From Gemmatimonadales bacterium (GTDB lineage Bacteria > Gemmatimonadota > Gemmatimonadetes > Gemmatimonadales > GWC2-71-9), in NCBI GenBank assembly GCA_038205305.1, contig JBBRBZ010000004.1, forward strand, positions 1-63,134: 63,134 nucleotides of DNA, in the 5' to 3' direction. The notes beneath the pieces were generated by a model. That model made no database searches. It had not been told where the DNA came from and saw only the letters and a list, made by a program, of their open reading frames with translations. Made by a program: the position numbers and the translations under genes. Positions 38,847 through 48,285 of this stretch are shown in pieces (position 1 is the stretch's first letter; every line of letters starts with the position of its first letter).

Positions 38847-41170
38847 CCAGTGAACGCGATTGGCTCCGTGCCCTCAACCCCGCCCAGCGTGAGGCTGTCG
38901 AACACGTCCACGGCCCCATCCTTGTCGTGGCGGGTGCCGGCTCGGGCAAGACACGCGTGCTGGCCACTCGAATTGCCAACCTGATCGAGACCCATGGCGT
39001 CCCGGCCGATCGGATCTTCTCGGTGACGTTCACCAACAAGGCCGCCAAGGAGATGAAGGAGCGGGTGGCCGCGCTCCTCAATCGTGATCCTGCAGGGCTC
39101 TGGATCGGGACCTTCCACTCCCTCTCCGCCCGACTCCTGCGTCGCGAGGCGGACCGGCTCGGCTTCTCGCGGGACTTCACCATCTACGACGAGGACGACC
39201 GACTCTCCCTCATCCGGCGCGTGATGGACGAGCGTGACCACCCGGTGAAGCTCTTTCCGCCCAAGCTGATCTCCAATCTGGTTTCCGGGGCGAAGAACAA
39301 GATGCAGAGCGCGGAAGAGCTGGAGCGAAGCGCCCCGCACGATGCGGCCGTCCGGGTGGCCGCCGATGTGTACGTGGGCATGCAAGCGGCCCTCGCCAGG
39401 GCAAACGCGATGGACTTCGACGACCTCATGCTGCACCCGCTGGCGCTCTTCCGGAAGCATCCCGACGTGCTCGAGCGCTGGCAACGGCGCTTCCAATTCT
39501 TGCTGGTAGACGAATTTCAGGACACCAATCGGGCCCAGTACGAACTGATCAAGTTTCTGGGTGCACAGCACCGGAACGTCTTCGGCGTCGGGGACGAGGA
39601 TCAGTCCATCTACGGCTGGCGGGGCGCCGACCTGCGCAACATGCAGGACCTCCAGAAGGACTTTGGCGTGGCGAAAGTCGTCAAGCTGGAGGAGAACTAC
39701 CGCTCGACTCGTCCCATTCTCGATGCGGCCAATGCGGTGATCTCGCGCAACATCGGCCGCATCGGCAAGACCCTGCGGCCGCATCGTCCCGGCGGGTCGA
39801 GCATCCTCGTGACGGCCGCCGCCGATGAACGGGACGAGGCCGAGTGGATCGCGAAGGAATTGCAGGCGCGCCATCGCGATGGGGCGGGCTACCAGGAATG
39901 CGCCGTGCTCTACCGAACCAACGCACAGTCCCGGGCCCTCGAAGAGGCCTTCCGACGTGCCGGAGTGCCGTACCGGATTGTCGGTGCCATTTCGTTCTAT
40001 GACCGGCGCGAGGTGAAGGACCTGCTCGCCTACCTGCGCCTTCTCGCCAATCCCGCCGACGACGAGGCATTTCTGCGCGCCGTTGCCGTGCCGCGCCGCG
40101 GATTGGGCGATTCCTCGCTGGCGATTCTCGCGGTCCATGCCCGCCAGTGGAACCTCCCGCTCTTCGCCGCAGCCGCCCGTGGTGACGCCATCGTGGAATT
40201 GCGTCCCAACCTGCGCGCCGCGCTGGTGACCTTCACCTCGCTGATCGACGACCTGCGGAATCGGGTTGGCGAGTCCGCTCCGGCGAACGTCATGGAAGAG
40301 GTGATCCGCGTGCTCGACTATGAGGCACTGTTGACCGCCGAGGGACTCGAGGGAATCGACCGCTGGGAGAACGTGCGCGAACTGCTCGCCGCCGCAGCCG
40401 AAATCTCCGAGGTGGTCGCGCCTACCGATGAGGAGGGCACCCCGCTGCAGCGCTTCCTTGCCGAGGCGACCCTCCTCTCCGCCATTGATCAGGGTGAGGG
40501 GCAGGAGGATGGTGTGACGATGATGACGATGCACACGTCCAAGGGACTGGAATGGCCCATCGTCGCCATCTCGGGAGTGGAGGATGGCCTCTTCCCCTCC
40601 GGACGCGCCCTCGAATCCATCGACGGACTCGAAGAGGAACGCCGGCTCTGTTACGTTGGCATCACTCGCGCCAAGGATGTGCTGATGCTCACCTGGGCGC
40701 GCGCGCGACGTCGGGGTGGGGAACTGCGCCCGGCGACGCCTTCCCGCTTCCTCCGCGAATTGCCGGCGGAGCTCATCGAAGAGCGGCGCACCTCGTTCGC
40801 GGTGGGTGGCATCTCGACCGGGTCGGGCTGGCGCACGGATTGGGGTGGCCAGCGCGGCGGAACCAGCGGACGCCGAGCCGCTCCCGCCGGGCAGCCGGTC
40901 CGCAGCTATGTGGTGGCGCAGCCCCGCGCAGCCGATGACAGCTTCGCCGCTGAACGCCTCGCCGAGGCCGGCGCGGAGAACCAGGCGGCCCCTCGCTACA
41001 TCAAGGGCGAACGGGTGCGACACCGCCGATTCGGGAGTGGCGCGATTCTCGGCCTCACTGGATCGGGGAAGGACCTGAAGGTCTCGGTCGCGTTCGACGA
41101 TCCCGAGACAGGTACCAAGCAATTGCTCGTCGCCTTTGCCGGGCTCGAGCGGGACATGGAGGGGGCATGA
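38843..41170 (+). CDS. pcrA: ATP-dependent DNA helicase PcrA/UvrD
   Basis: SF1 motifs are LNPAQREAV, AGAGSGKTRVL, TFTNKAAKEM, VDEFQDTN, YRS, TMHTSKGLEWP and YVGITRA. The C-terminal Tudor-like segment is GERVRHRRFGSGAI. Confidence 0.92.
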   Translation: MTSERDWLRALNPAQREAVEHVHGPILVVAGAGSGKTRVLATRIANLIETHGVPADRIFSVTFTNKAAKEMKERVAALLNRDPAGLWIGTFHSLSARLLRREADRLGFSRDFTIYDEDDRLSLIRRVMDERDHPVKLFPPKLISNLVSGAKNKMQSAEELERSAPHDAAVRVAADVYVGMQAALARANAMDFDDLMLHPLALFRKHPDVLERWQRRFQFLLVDEFQDTNRAQYELIKFLGAQHRNVFGVGDEDQSIYGWRGADLRNMQDLQKDFGVAKVVKLEENYRSTRPILDAANAVISRNIGRIGKTLRPHRPGGSSILVTAAADERDEAEWIAKELQARHRDGAGYQECAVLYRTNAQSRALEEAFRRAGVPYRIVGAISFYDRREVKDLLAYLRLLANPADDEAFLRAVAVPRRGLGDSSLAILAVHARQWNLPLFAAAARGDAIVELRPNLRAALVTFTSLIDDLRNRVGESAPANVMEEVIRVLDYEALLTAEGLEGIDRWENVRELLAAAAEISEVVAPTDEEGTPLQRFLAEATLLSAIDQGEGQEDGVTMMTMHTSKGLEWPIVAISGVEDGLFPSGRALESIDGLEEERRLCYVGITRAKDVLMLTWARARRRGGELRPATPSRFLRELPAELIEERRTSFAVGGISTGSGWRTDWGGQRGGTSGRRAAPAGQPVRSYVVAQPRAADDSFAAERLAEAGAENQAAPRYIKGERVRHRRFGSGAILGLTGSGKDLKVSVAFDDPETGTKQLLVAFAGLERDMEGA

Positions 41171-41466
41171 CGATCGGGGCAGGTGAGGTGCGGCATGTGG
41201 CACAACTCGCGGAACTCGCCATCGCCGAGGCGGATGTCCCCGCCCTCGCCGAGCAGCTCGAGGGGATCGTGGCGTTCGTCGGGCAGCTGTCGGAACTCGA
41301 TATCTCCCCGGATGAGCTCGCCGTGAATCTGGGGCCGGATCAGGTCCGGCTCCGCGCCGATGTTGTGGCGCCGATTCCCATGACTCGTGGGCCGGGGAGT
41401 TTCGCACCGCTGTTCGAGGAGGGCTTCTTCGTGGTGCCGCGGCTCGGCGGGATGGCGGAGGAATGA
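41167..41466 (+). CDS. gatC: Asp/Glu-tRNA amidotransferase subunit C
   Basis: The 99-aa protein reads VRHVAQLAELAI.E.D...L..QL..I..FV.QL, typical of GatC. It precedes gatA-gatB with 4-nt overlaps. Confidence 0.9.
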   Translation: MTIGAGEVRHVAQLAELAIAEADVPALAEQLEGIVAFVGQLSELDISPDELAVNLGPDQVRLRADVVAPIPMTRGPGSFAPLFEEGFFVVPRLGGMAEE

Positions 41467-42851
41467 ACGCGGCGCACCTTGCCCACCAGACCGCGCTCCG
41501 GCTCAAGGAGTCGGATGCGCGCGGAATGAATGCCACGCTCCACTGGTCACGGGAAGTGCTCGACCGTGAGGCCGCTCGCATTGACGCAGCCCCCGCGGGA
41601 CCGTTGACTGGCGTGGCGATCGCCATCAAGGACAACATCGTCACTTCCGACATGCCGACCACCTGCGCGTCGAAGATCCTCGAGGGATATCTCTCGCCCT
41701 ACGAGGCGACGGTGATCACCCGGCTGCGAGCCGCCGGAGCGATGATTGCGTGCAAGGCGAATCTCGATGAGTTCGCGATGGGTTCCTCGACCGAGAACTC
41801 CGCCTTCGGGCGCGTCCAGCATCCACTCTTTCCCGATCGCGTGCCCGGCGGATCCAGTGGCGGATCAGCGGCGCTCGTCGGCGCTGGCGTCGTCCCTGTG
41901 GCTCTTGGCTCGGAGACCGGCGGGTCGGTGCGCCAGCCGGCAGCGTTCTGTGGCGTCGTGGGCGTGAAGCCGACCTACGGGCGCGTCAGTCGGTTCGGGC
42001 TGGTGGCCTTCGGTTCGTCGCTCGATTGCGTGTCGGTCTTCGGCCGGACCGTCGATGACGCGGCCCGTGTGCTCGCGGCCATCGAAGGGCTCGACCCGCT
42101 CGATGCCACCACCTTCGATCGTGCTCCGATGGGGCAGGTCGCCGGGCGCAGCGACTTGAAGGGCGTGGTGGTGGGGTTGCCAAAGGAATACTTCCCGGCC
42201 GACCTCGATGCCGGCGTGCGGGCCGCGTGTGATCGGGCGATCGCCCGACTGCGCGAACTCGGGGCCGAGGTCCGCGAGGTCTCGTTGCCCCACACACGCT
42301 ATGCCGTGCCCGCCTACTACATCGTCAATCCGGCCGAAGCGGCCGCCAATCTCGCCCGCTTCGACGGGGTGCGCTACGGGCCACGCCACGTCGGACCGGC
42401 CGGTGATGTTCGTGCGCTCTACCAGGCGACGCGTGGTCAGGGATTCGGGCCGGAAGTTCGCCGTCGGATCCTGATCGGCACCTTCGTGCTGAGTGCCGGC
42501 TATGCCGACCAGTACTACCGCCGTGCCCAAGCGGTTCGGCGCCGGATCTGCAACGACTTCGATCAGGTCTTCGCGTCGGGTGTCGACCTCCTCTTCACCC
42601 CGACCACGCCGAGGCCCGCGTTCAAGGCGGGGGCCAAGAGCGCCGACCCGGTGCAGATGTATCTGGAGGACATCTTCGTTGCGCCGGCCTCGCTGGCCGG
42701 TGTGCCCGCCATGTCGATCCCGATTGGTCGCGATGAAGGGTTGCCCATCGGGGGACAGTTGATCGCACCGCGCTTCGCCGAGGGGCCCATGCTGGCCGCT
42801 GCCAGCGCGATGGAGCGGATGATTGCTGCGGAAGCGGAGGTGCGCGCATGA
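41463..42851 (+). CDS. gatA: Asp/Glu-tRNA amidotransferase subunit A
   Basis: The amidase signature is GGSSGGSAALVGAG...GSETGGSVRQPAAFCGVVGVKPTYGRVSR. Confidence 0.95.
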   Translation: MNAAHLAHQTALRLKESDARGMNATLHWSREVLDREAARIDAAPAGPLTGVAIAIKDNIVTSDMPTTCASKILEGYLSPYEATVITRLRAAGAMIACKANLDEFAMGSSTENSAFGRVQHPLFPDRVPGGSSGGSAALVGAGVVPVALGSETGGSVRQPAAFCGVVGVKPTYGRVSRFGLVAFGSSLDCVSVFGRTVDDAARVLAAIEGLDPLDATTFDRAPMGQVAGRSDLKGVVVGLPKEYFPADLDAGVRAACDRAIARLRELGAEVREVSLPHTRYAVPAYYIVNPAEAAANLARFDGVRYGPRHVGPAGDVRALYQATRGQGFGPEVRRRILIGTFVLSAGYADQYYRRAQAVRRRICNDFDQVFASGVDLLFTPTTPRPAFKAGAKSADPVQMYLEDIFVAPASLAGVPAMSIPIGRDEGLPIGGQLIAPRFAEGPMLAAASAMERMIAAEAEVRA

Positions 42852-44266
42852 CCTGGGAAACCGTCATCGGCCTCGAAGTGCACGTGCAGCCCGCGACCCG
42901 CACGAAAATGTTCTGCGGTTGTGCGTCCACCTACGGCGAATATCCCAACACCAACGTCTGCCCGGTCTGTCTCGGACTTCCCGGCGCGCTGCCGGTTCCC
43001 AACGCCGAGGCGATCCGATTGGGAGTGGTGGGGGCTCTCGCGCTGGGCTGCGAAATCCATCCCGTCTCGATCTTCGCGCGGAAGAACTACTTCTATCCCG
43101 ATCTTCCCAAGGGTTATCAGATCTCCCAGTTCGACAAGCCGCTCGCGACGGCGGGGTCGATCCGCATCGAATCGCCGGATCGCGGTCCGCTCACCATCAG
43201 CATCACCCGGCTGCACCTCGAGGAGGACGCCGGGAAGTCGCTGCACGATCGGATTCCCGGATTCACTGCCGTGGATCTCAACCGATCCGGCGCGCCACTG
43301 GCCGAGATCGTGAGCGGACCGGACATGCGCTCCCCGGCCGAGGCGCGCGCGTATCTGGTGACGCTGAGGCAGTTGCTCGTCTACGCTGGCGTCAGCGAGT
43401 GCTCGATGGAGAAGGGCTCGCTCCGAGTCGATGCCAATCTCTCGGTGCGGCGCCCCGGTGACCCGCTCGGCACCAAGACCGAGGTGAAGAACATGAACTC
43501 CTTCGCCAACGTCGAGCGGGCACTCGAGGCCGAACGCGCGCGGCAAATCGGGCTGATCGAAGCCGGCGGCAGGGTCACCCAGGTGACGTTGACCTTCAAT
43601 GCTGCCACCGGCGAGGTCCGGCCGCTGCGAACCAAGGAAGACTCGCATGACTACCACTATTTCCCCGACCCCGACCTGCCGCCGCTGGTGCTCGATCCGG
43701 CGTGGATCGCCGCGCAACGCGCTGCGCTCCCTGAATTGCCGGAGGCGCGCCGCAACCGATACGCCACCGTGCTCGGGCTTCCCGAATACGACGCGCGCGT
43801 GCTGACACAGGACCCGGCGGTCGCCGACTATTTCGAAGCGCTGACGCGAGCCGGCACCGAAGCCAAGACGGCATCGAACTGGGTGTTGGGCGATGCCATC
43901 AGCGGCTGGAACGAAACCGGCACCTTCGAGGTCGCTCCGGCCCGGTTGGCGGATCTGATCGCGATGGTCGATGACGGCACCGTCAGCGGCTCGGCGGCGA
44001 AGACGATCTACCGGGAGCTCCGCAGCAGCGAGGATGCGCCGCGCGATGTCGCCACCCGGCTCAACCTGGTCCAGGTCCGCGACACCGGTGCGCTGGCGGG
44101 ATGGGTCGACGAGGTGCTTGCGGCCAGTCCCGATGAACTCGCGCGCTATCAGGCCGGGGAGACCAAGCTGATCGGCTTCTTCGTGGGACAGGTGATGAAG
44201 AGGAGCCGGGGCAAGGCCGATCCCAAGGCCATCCAGCCGTTGCTGCTAGAGAGGTTGCAATCATGA
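42848..44266 (+). CDS. gatB: Asp/Glu-tRNA amidotransferase subunit B
   Basis: It reads WETVIGLEVHVQ..TKMFCGC, PVCLGLPGALPV, KNYFYPDLPKGYQISQ and LHLEEDAGK, canonical for GatB. Confidence 0.95.
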   Translation: MTWETVIGLEVHVQPATRTKMFCGCASTYGEYPNTNVCPVCLGLPGALPVPNAEAIRLGVVGALALGCEIHPVSIFARKNYFYPDLPKGYQISQFDKPLATAGSIRIESPDRGPLTISITRLHLEEDAGKSLHDRIPGFTAVDLNRSGAPLAEIVSGPDMRSPAEARAYLVTLRQLLVYAGVSECSMEKGSLRVDANLSVRRPGDPLGTKTEVKNMNSFANVERALEAERARQIGLIEAGGRVTQVTLTFNAATGEVRPLRTKEDSHDYHYFPDPDLPPLVLDPAWIAAQRAALPELPEARRNRYATVLGLPEYDARVLTQDPAVADYFEALTRAGTEAKTASNWVLGDAISGWNETGTFEVAPARLADLIAMVDDGTVSGSAAKTIYRELRSSEDAPRDVATRLNLVQVRDTGALAGWVDEVLAASPDELARYQAGETKLIGFFVGQVMKRSRGKADPKAIQPLLLERLQS

Positions 44267-45492
44267 GCGCCGTCGTCTCGACCGACCTGATCCGCGCGGC
44301 GTTTCCCGCGCTTCGCCGTGAGCACCATGGCCTCCCCGTGGCCTACTTCGATGGTCCCGGCGGCACCCAGGTGCCGCAGGTGGTGGTCGATACCATGGGC
44401 GACTACCTCCTCCATCACAACGCCAACACCGCCTGGGCCTACCCCACGAGCGAGGAAACCGACGCGCTCATCTGGCAAGCGCGCGGGACGTTCGCTGCCT
44501 TCATGGGCGGGGTGCCGAACGAGATTGTCTTCGGCAACAACATGACGACCATCTCGTTCCACGTCGCCCGCGCGCTGGCGCGAGGCTGGACGGCCGGTGA
44601 CGAGGTCATCGTCACGGAACTCGATCATCATGCCAATGTGGCCCCGTGGCAGGCGATCGCGCAGGAGCGGGGCATCGTCCTCAAGTGGCTGCCGCTGGAT
44701 CTCGAGACCTCCCAGCTCCGAATCGATCTCCTTCCCTCGCTCCTCGGCCCGCGAACACGATTGCTCGCAATCGGCGCCGCATCAAATGCCCTCGGCACCA
44801 TCAGCGATGTGCCGACCGCCGCCGCGATCGCACACCAGGCCGGCGCGCTCGTCTACTGCGATGGTGTGCACTACGCGCCGCACCACCTCCCCGATGTTGC
44901 CGCGTTGGGTTGCGATTTCTTCGCCTGCTCGGCTTACAAGTTTCAGGGACCCCACGTTGGCGTGCTCTGGGGACGGGAAACCCTGCTGAACGCGCTCGAT
45001 GTGCCCAAGCTCGAGCCCGCCCCCGACGAGGCGCCGGACCGGCTCGAGACCGGCACCCAGAACCATGAAGGGATCGTGGGCGCTGCTGCTGCAGTACATT
45101 GGCTCGCATCGCTCGCCCCCGAGGGTCCAGCACTCCGCGATCGCCTCACGACGACCTACGCGGAGTTGCAAACCCGGGAGCGCCTGCTCTTTGCACGGCT
45201 CTGGGATGGCGTTGGCCAGATCACCGGTGTGACGCGCTACGGGCCGCCACCATCGGCTCCGCGCACCGCCACGCTCGGCTGCACCGTGGCCGGGGTTCCT
45301 GCCCGCGCGGTGGCGGAGCGATTGGTGGCTGACGCCTGCTTCGTGTCACACGGAGACTACTACGCCACAACGGTCGCGCGCCGACTTGGCGTGGAGGAAG
45401 CGGGGATGGTCCGGATCGGTGCAGCCTGCTACAGCACCATGTCGGAAATCGATCGGGTGCTCGAAGGGATCAGTCGGATCGCACGCGCCTGA
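44263..45492 (+). CDS. Class V aminotransferase / cysteine desulfurase-like protein
   Basis: The 409-aa ORF has the PLP-fold pattern (LDHHANVAPW, DGVHYAPH, CSAYKFQGPHVG with the putative Lys in SAYK). It resembles the cysteine-desulfurase-like family, but its function is not established. Confidence 0.75.
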   Translation: MSAVVSTDLIRAAFPALRREHHGLPVAYFDGPGGTQVPQVVVDTMGDYLLHHNANTAWAYPTSEETDALIWQARGTFAAFMGGVPNEIVFGNNMTTISFHVARALARGWTAGDEVIVTELDHHANVAPWQAIAQERGIVLKWLPLDLETSQLRIDLLPSLLGPRTRLLAIGAASNALGTISDVPTAAAIAHQAGALVYCDGVHYAPHHLPDVAALGCDFFACSAYKFQGPHVGVLWGRETLLNALDVPKLEPAPDEAPDRLETGTQNHEGIVGAAAAVHWLASLAPEGPALRDRLTTTYAELQTRERLLFARLWDGVGQITGVTRYGPPPSAPRTATLGCTVAGVPARAVAERLVADACFVSHGDYYATTVARRLGVEEAGMVRIGAACYSTMSEIDRVLEGISRIARA

Positions 45493-45498
45493 ACTGAA

Positions 45499-46452
45499 TC
45501 AGGGCGCCGGCGGTGACTCCGAGGGAGCAGGGGCCGCGGGCAGCAGCAACGGATCAGGTGCAGGCGCGGGGAGGAGCACCGGATCGTGCGCCGGGGTGGG
45601 CATCCCGAACTGGACGTCAGCCAAGGCGGCGAGCCACTCGGGATCACGACGGCCACGACCGGTCATGGCATCGCGTCGCACTTTCTTGCTTGCCACGATC
45701 GCCGACTCCCCGTTGGCGTCGAGGTGGTAGATCGCCGACGCGGGGTCGCTGATCGCCGCGCGAACGTACCGCGTCGCCCGCCAGAGATAACTCTCGACCT
45801 CGGCGTCCGAGATATCCCAACGACTCTGGTCCATCGCAACTTGCATCCCGACGTGCCAGGCTTTCGAATCGGTCAACCTCACCATGCCACGAAAGAATCG
45901 CCGGTTGGTGGCCACGCTGAAAATCGTGGGCGAGAGGATCCGCTCCAAGTGTGCATCGGCCGGCCGGTGATCGAGCCGGATCAGGTCGCGCGCGGCCCGG
46001 GCCACCTGGTCGCCAAGCATCCGTTCCACCCGCGTTTCCCAATAGGTGTGTCCCATGCTTCGTGTGCTGCTGGTGACGACCAGCTGCCTTGGCACGAAGT
46101 AGTTGTGGGCCACGGCGTCGGCGGCGAGGTGGGCCAGGTAGCCCAGTCCGAAGGCGCGCAGGGCGTCGCTGGGGGCGAGCTCGTACACCTCGACTCCCAC
46201 GTGCCATGCGTGGCAGTGCCGATCGGCCGGGGCGTACTTCTTGGCCATGGTGGTGTCGGCCGCGATGCTGCCGTAGAGAAAATCGTGCGGGAAGGAGCGC
46301 AGGAGGTCGGCGATCGCAGATGGAAGGAGATCGAGCGAACTCAGAATCCGCTCACCGAGCACCACGTGGGTGCCCGGGGTCCAGGCGTGCAGCGGGTGAG
46401 GGAAGAGCAGCATCACGACAGCGACAGCAAGGAACGCTGCCAGCAGCTTCAC
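45499..46452 (-). CDS. Secreted zinc-dependent phospholipase C-like family protein with Pro-rich C-terminal tail
   Basis: The signal peptide ends ...PHPLHA|W, exposing W-TPGTH as in Zn-PLC/nuclease-P1-fold proteins, where the N-terminal Trp is a Zn ligand. His/Asp-rich motifs are HDFLYGSIAAD and HLAADAVAHN. The tail reads PVLLPAPAPDPLLLPAAPAP. Confidence 0.55.
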   Translation of the reverse strand: MKLLAAFLAVAVVMLLFPHPLHAWTPGTHVVLGERILSSLDLLPSAIADLLRSFPHDFLYGSIAADTTMAKKYAPADRHCHAWHVGVEVYELAPSDALRAFGLGYLAHLAADAVAHNYFVPRQLVVTSSTRSMGHTYWETRVERMLGDQVARAARDLIRLDHRPADAHLERILSPTIFSVATNRRFFRGMVRLTDSKAWHVGMQVAMDQSRWDISDAEVESYLWRATRYVRAAISDPASAIYHLDANGESAIVASKKVRRDAMTGRGRRDPEWLAALADVQFGMPTPAHDPVLLPAPAPDPLLLPAAPAPSESPPAP

Positions 46453-46907
46453 GAGCGACCTCTCCTTCGCGGCAGGATCATCCGACGCAGCCGCCCGATC
46501 ACCCCAGTACCGGTCCGGACCGTTCTCAACGCGGCGGTGAAGTCCAGCGCGGCGTCTTCGACCTCTTCCTGGACCACCTCGACCACCGCCTCAAAATCGG
46601 CGAGTCGTTCCCGGGCCCGTTGCATCCCGCACTCGAGATCTTCCCGAAGGTGCCGGGACGTGGCCACCAGTTCCCCAACCTCGCCGCGGGCCAGGTCGAC
46701 AATCTCGGCACCGTGGCTTCCCAGTCGATTGAGGGACGCGAGCGCCGGAGACAGTTCTTGGCGGAGTTCGGCGAGTTCCTTGCCTACCATCTTGCCCTGC
46801 TCGACCGTAGTCTGGATCGCCTTGAGGGCCACGAAGGCGGCCACCACATAGACCACCGCGATGACGACCAGGGCGATCGCGATTACTGGACCGACCCATC
46901 CTGACAT
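46449..46907 (-). CDS. DUF948-like membrane-anchored coiled-coil protein
   Basis: It has one N-terminal TM (VGPVIAIALVVIAVVYVVAAFVAL) followed by a long helical, Glu/Arg/Leu-rich region. A 4-nt overlap links it to the downstream PLC-like gene. Confidence 0.55.
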   Translation of the reverse strand: MSGWVGPVIAIALVVIAVVYVVAAFVALKAIQTTVEQGKMVGKELAELRQELSPALASLNRLGSHGAEIVDLARGEVGELVATSRHLREDLECGMQRARERLADFEAVVEVVQEEVEDAALDFTAALRTVRTGTGVIGRLRRMILPRRRGRS

Positions 46908-47001
46908 GGCCTGGCACTCCCAGAGTGAAGGAACCGGCGAAAGTTAACGGCATTCCCCGGCCGCGCTTGCGAGCGGCTCCCCGGGCAACGAGCTTTGCCT
47001 G

Positions 47002-48285
47002 ATGGCGCCTCGCTTTGTCGTAACCGGTGGCCAGCCCCTGCGCGGAACGATTCGCCCGGCTGGCAACAAGAACGCAGCCCTTCCGGTCATCGCCGCGACC
47101 ATCCTCGCCGATGGGCCGGTCCGCATCACCAATGTTCCGCGCATCCGCGATGTACAGACACTGCTCGACATTCTGGTCGACCTAGGCGCGACCGCCACCT
47201 GGAGCGAGGAGAACGTCCTCGACATCGACACCAGGGGCGTCCAGCCCAAGCCGCTCGATCCCGTGCTCTGCACCAAGATTCGCGCGTCGATCCTGCTGGC
47301 GGGACCCTTGCTGGCCCGTTTCGGCTCGGTCGTGCTGCCGCCACCGGGTGGAGACGTCATCGGGCGCCGTCGTGTGGACACCCACTTCCTTGTGCTCGAG
47401 CGACTCGGCGCCTCGGTCACGGTCGGTGAGCGCTTCGAGATCGCCGCCAAGCACCTGGTGGGCGCCGACATCTTCCTCGACGAACCGAGTGTCACCGGCA
47501 CCGAGAATGCGCTCATGGCGGCGGTCGCCGCCTCCGGTCGCACCACGTTGCGCAACGCAGCGTCGGAACCGCATGTGCAGGATACCGCCCGTGCGCTGGT
47601 GGCGATGGGTGCCTATATCGAAGGGATCGGCAGCAACACCTACGTGATCGAGGGCGGTCACCCGCTCCACGGGGCGACCTGCGAGATCGGCCCCGACCAC
47701 ATCGAGATCGCCTCCTTCATCGGGCTGGCGGCGGTCACCAATGGGCATATTGTCATCGATGGCGTGCGCCCCGACGACCTTCGCAGCATGCTGCTCGGCT
47801 TCGAACGGCTCGGTATCCGGCCCCGCATCGACGGCCAGGCCCTGATTGTCGATGCCGGGCAGGAACGACGCATCCGCCCCGATCTCGGCGGACATGTGCC
47901 CAAGCTCGAAGATGGCCCGTGGCCGGCGTTCCCGGCGGACGCGATGTCGATCGCCGTGGTGGCGGCAACGCAATGCACCGGCATGATTCTCATCCATGAG
48001 AAGATGTTCGAATCACGGCTCTTCTTCGTCGACAAGCTGATCGGGATGGGAGCCCGCATCGTGCTCTGCGACCCGCATCGGGCCGTGATCAGCGGCCCCG
48101 CACCGCTGCACGCCGGCGTGGTCGAGTCGCCGGACATCCGCGCCGGCATGGCGATGCTGCTGGCTGCCCTCGCGGCCGAGGGGAAGAGCACGATCAACAA
48201 CATCGGGCAGATCGAGCGAGGCTACGAGAAGATCGATTTGCGCCTGCTCGCCCTCGGGGCCCGACTCGAGCGTGTCGTCGATTGA
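47002..48285 (+). CDS. murA: UDP-N-acetylglucosamine 1-carboxyvinyltransferase
   Basis: It reads G.PLRGTIRPAGNKNAALPVIAA, has LGGDVIGRRRVDTH in place of the Cys-loop region, and GYEKIDLRLLALGA at the C-terminus. Confidence 0.93.
   Translation: MAPRFVVTGGQPLRGTIRPAGNKNAALPVIAATILADGPVRITNVPRIRDVQTLLDILVDLGATATWSEENVLDIDTRGVQPKPLDPVLCTKIRASILLAGPLLARFGSVVLPPPGGDVIGRRRVDTHFLVLERLGASVTVGERFEIAAKHLVGADIFLDEPSVTGTENALMAAVAASGRTTLRNAASEPHVQDTARALVAMGAYIEGIGSNTYVIEGGHPLHGATCEIGPDHIEIASFIGLAAVTNGHIVIDGVRPDDLRSMLLGFERLGIRPRIDGQALIVDAGQERRIRPDLGGHVPKLEDGPWPAFPADAMSIAVVAATQCTGMILIHEKMFESRLFFVDKLIGMGARIVLCDPHRAVISGPAPLHAGVVESPDIRAGMAMLLAALAAEGKSTINNIGQIERGYEKIDLRLLALGARLERVVD

Noticed and set aside
38429-41662. 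A 1077-aa stop-free ORF on the minus strand. It spans the end of the kinase gene, all of pcrA, gatC and the start of gatA.
   Set aside because: The translation is low-complexity and rich in Arg, Pro, Ala and Gly, with no recognisable motifs. It lies antisense to genes with unmistakable family signatures. In high-GC genomes with GC-rich third positions, the antisense frames are depleted of TAA/TAG/TGA. I treat it as a compositional artefact.
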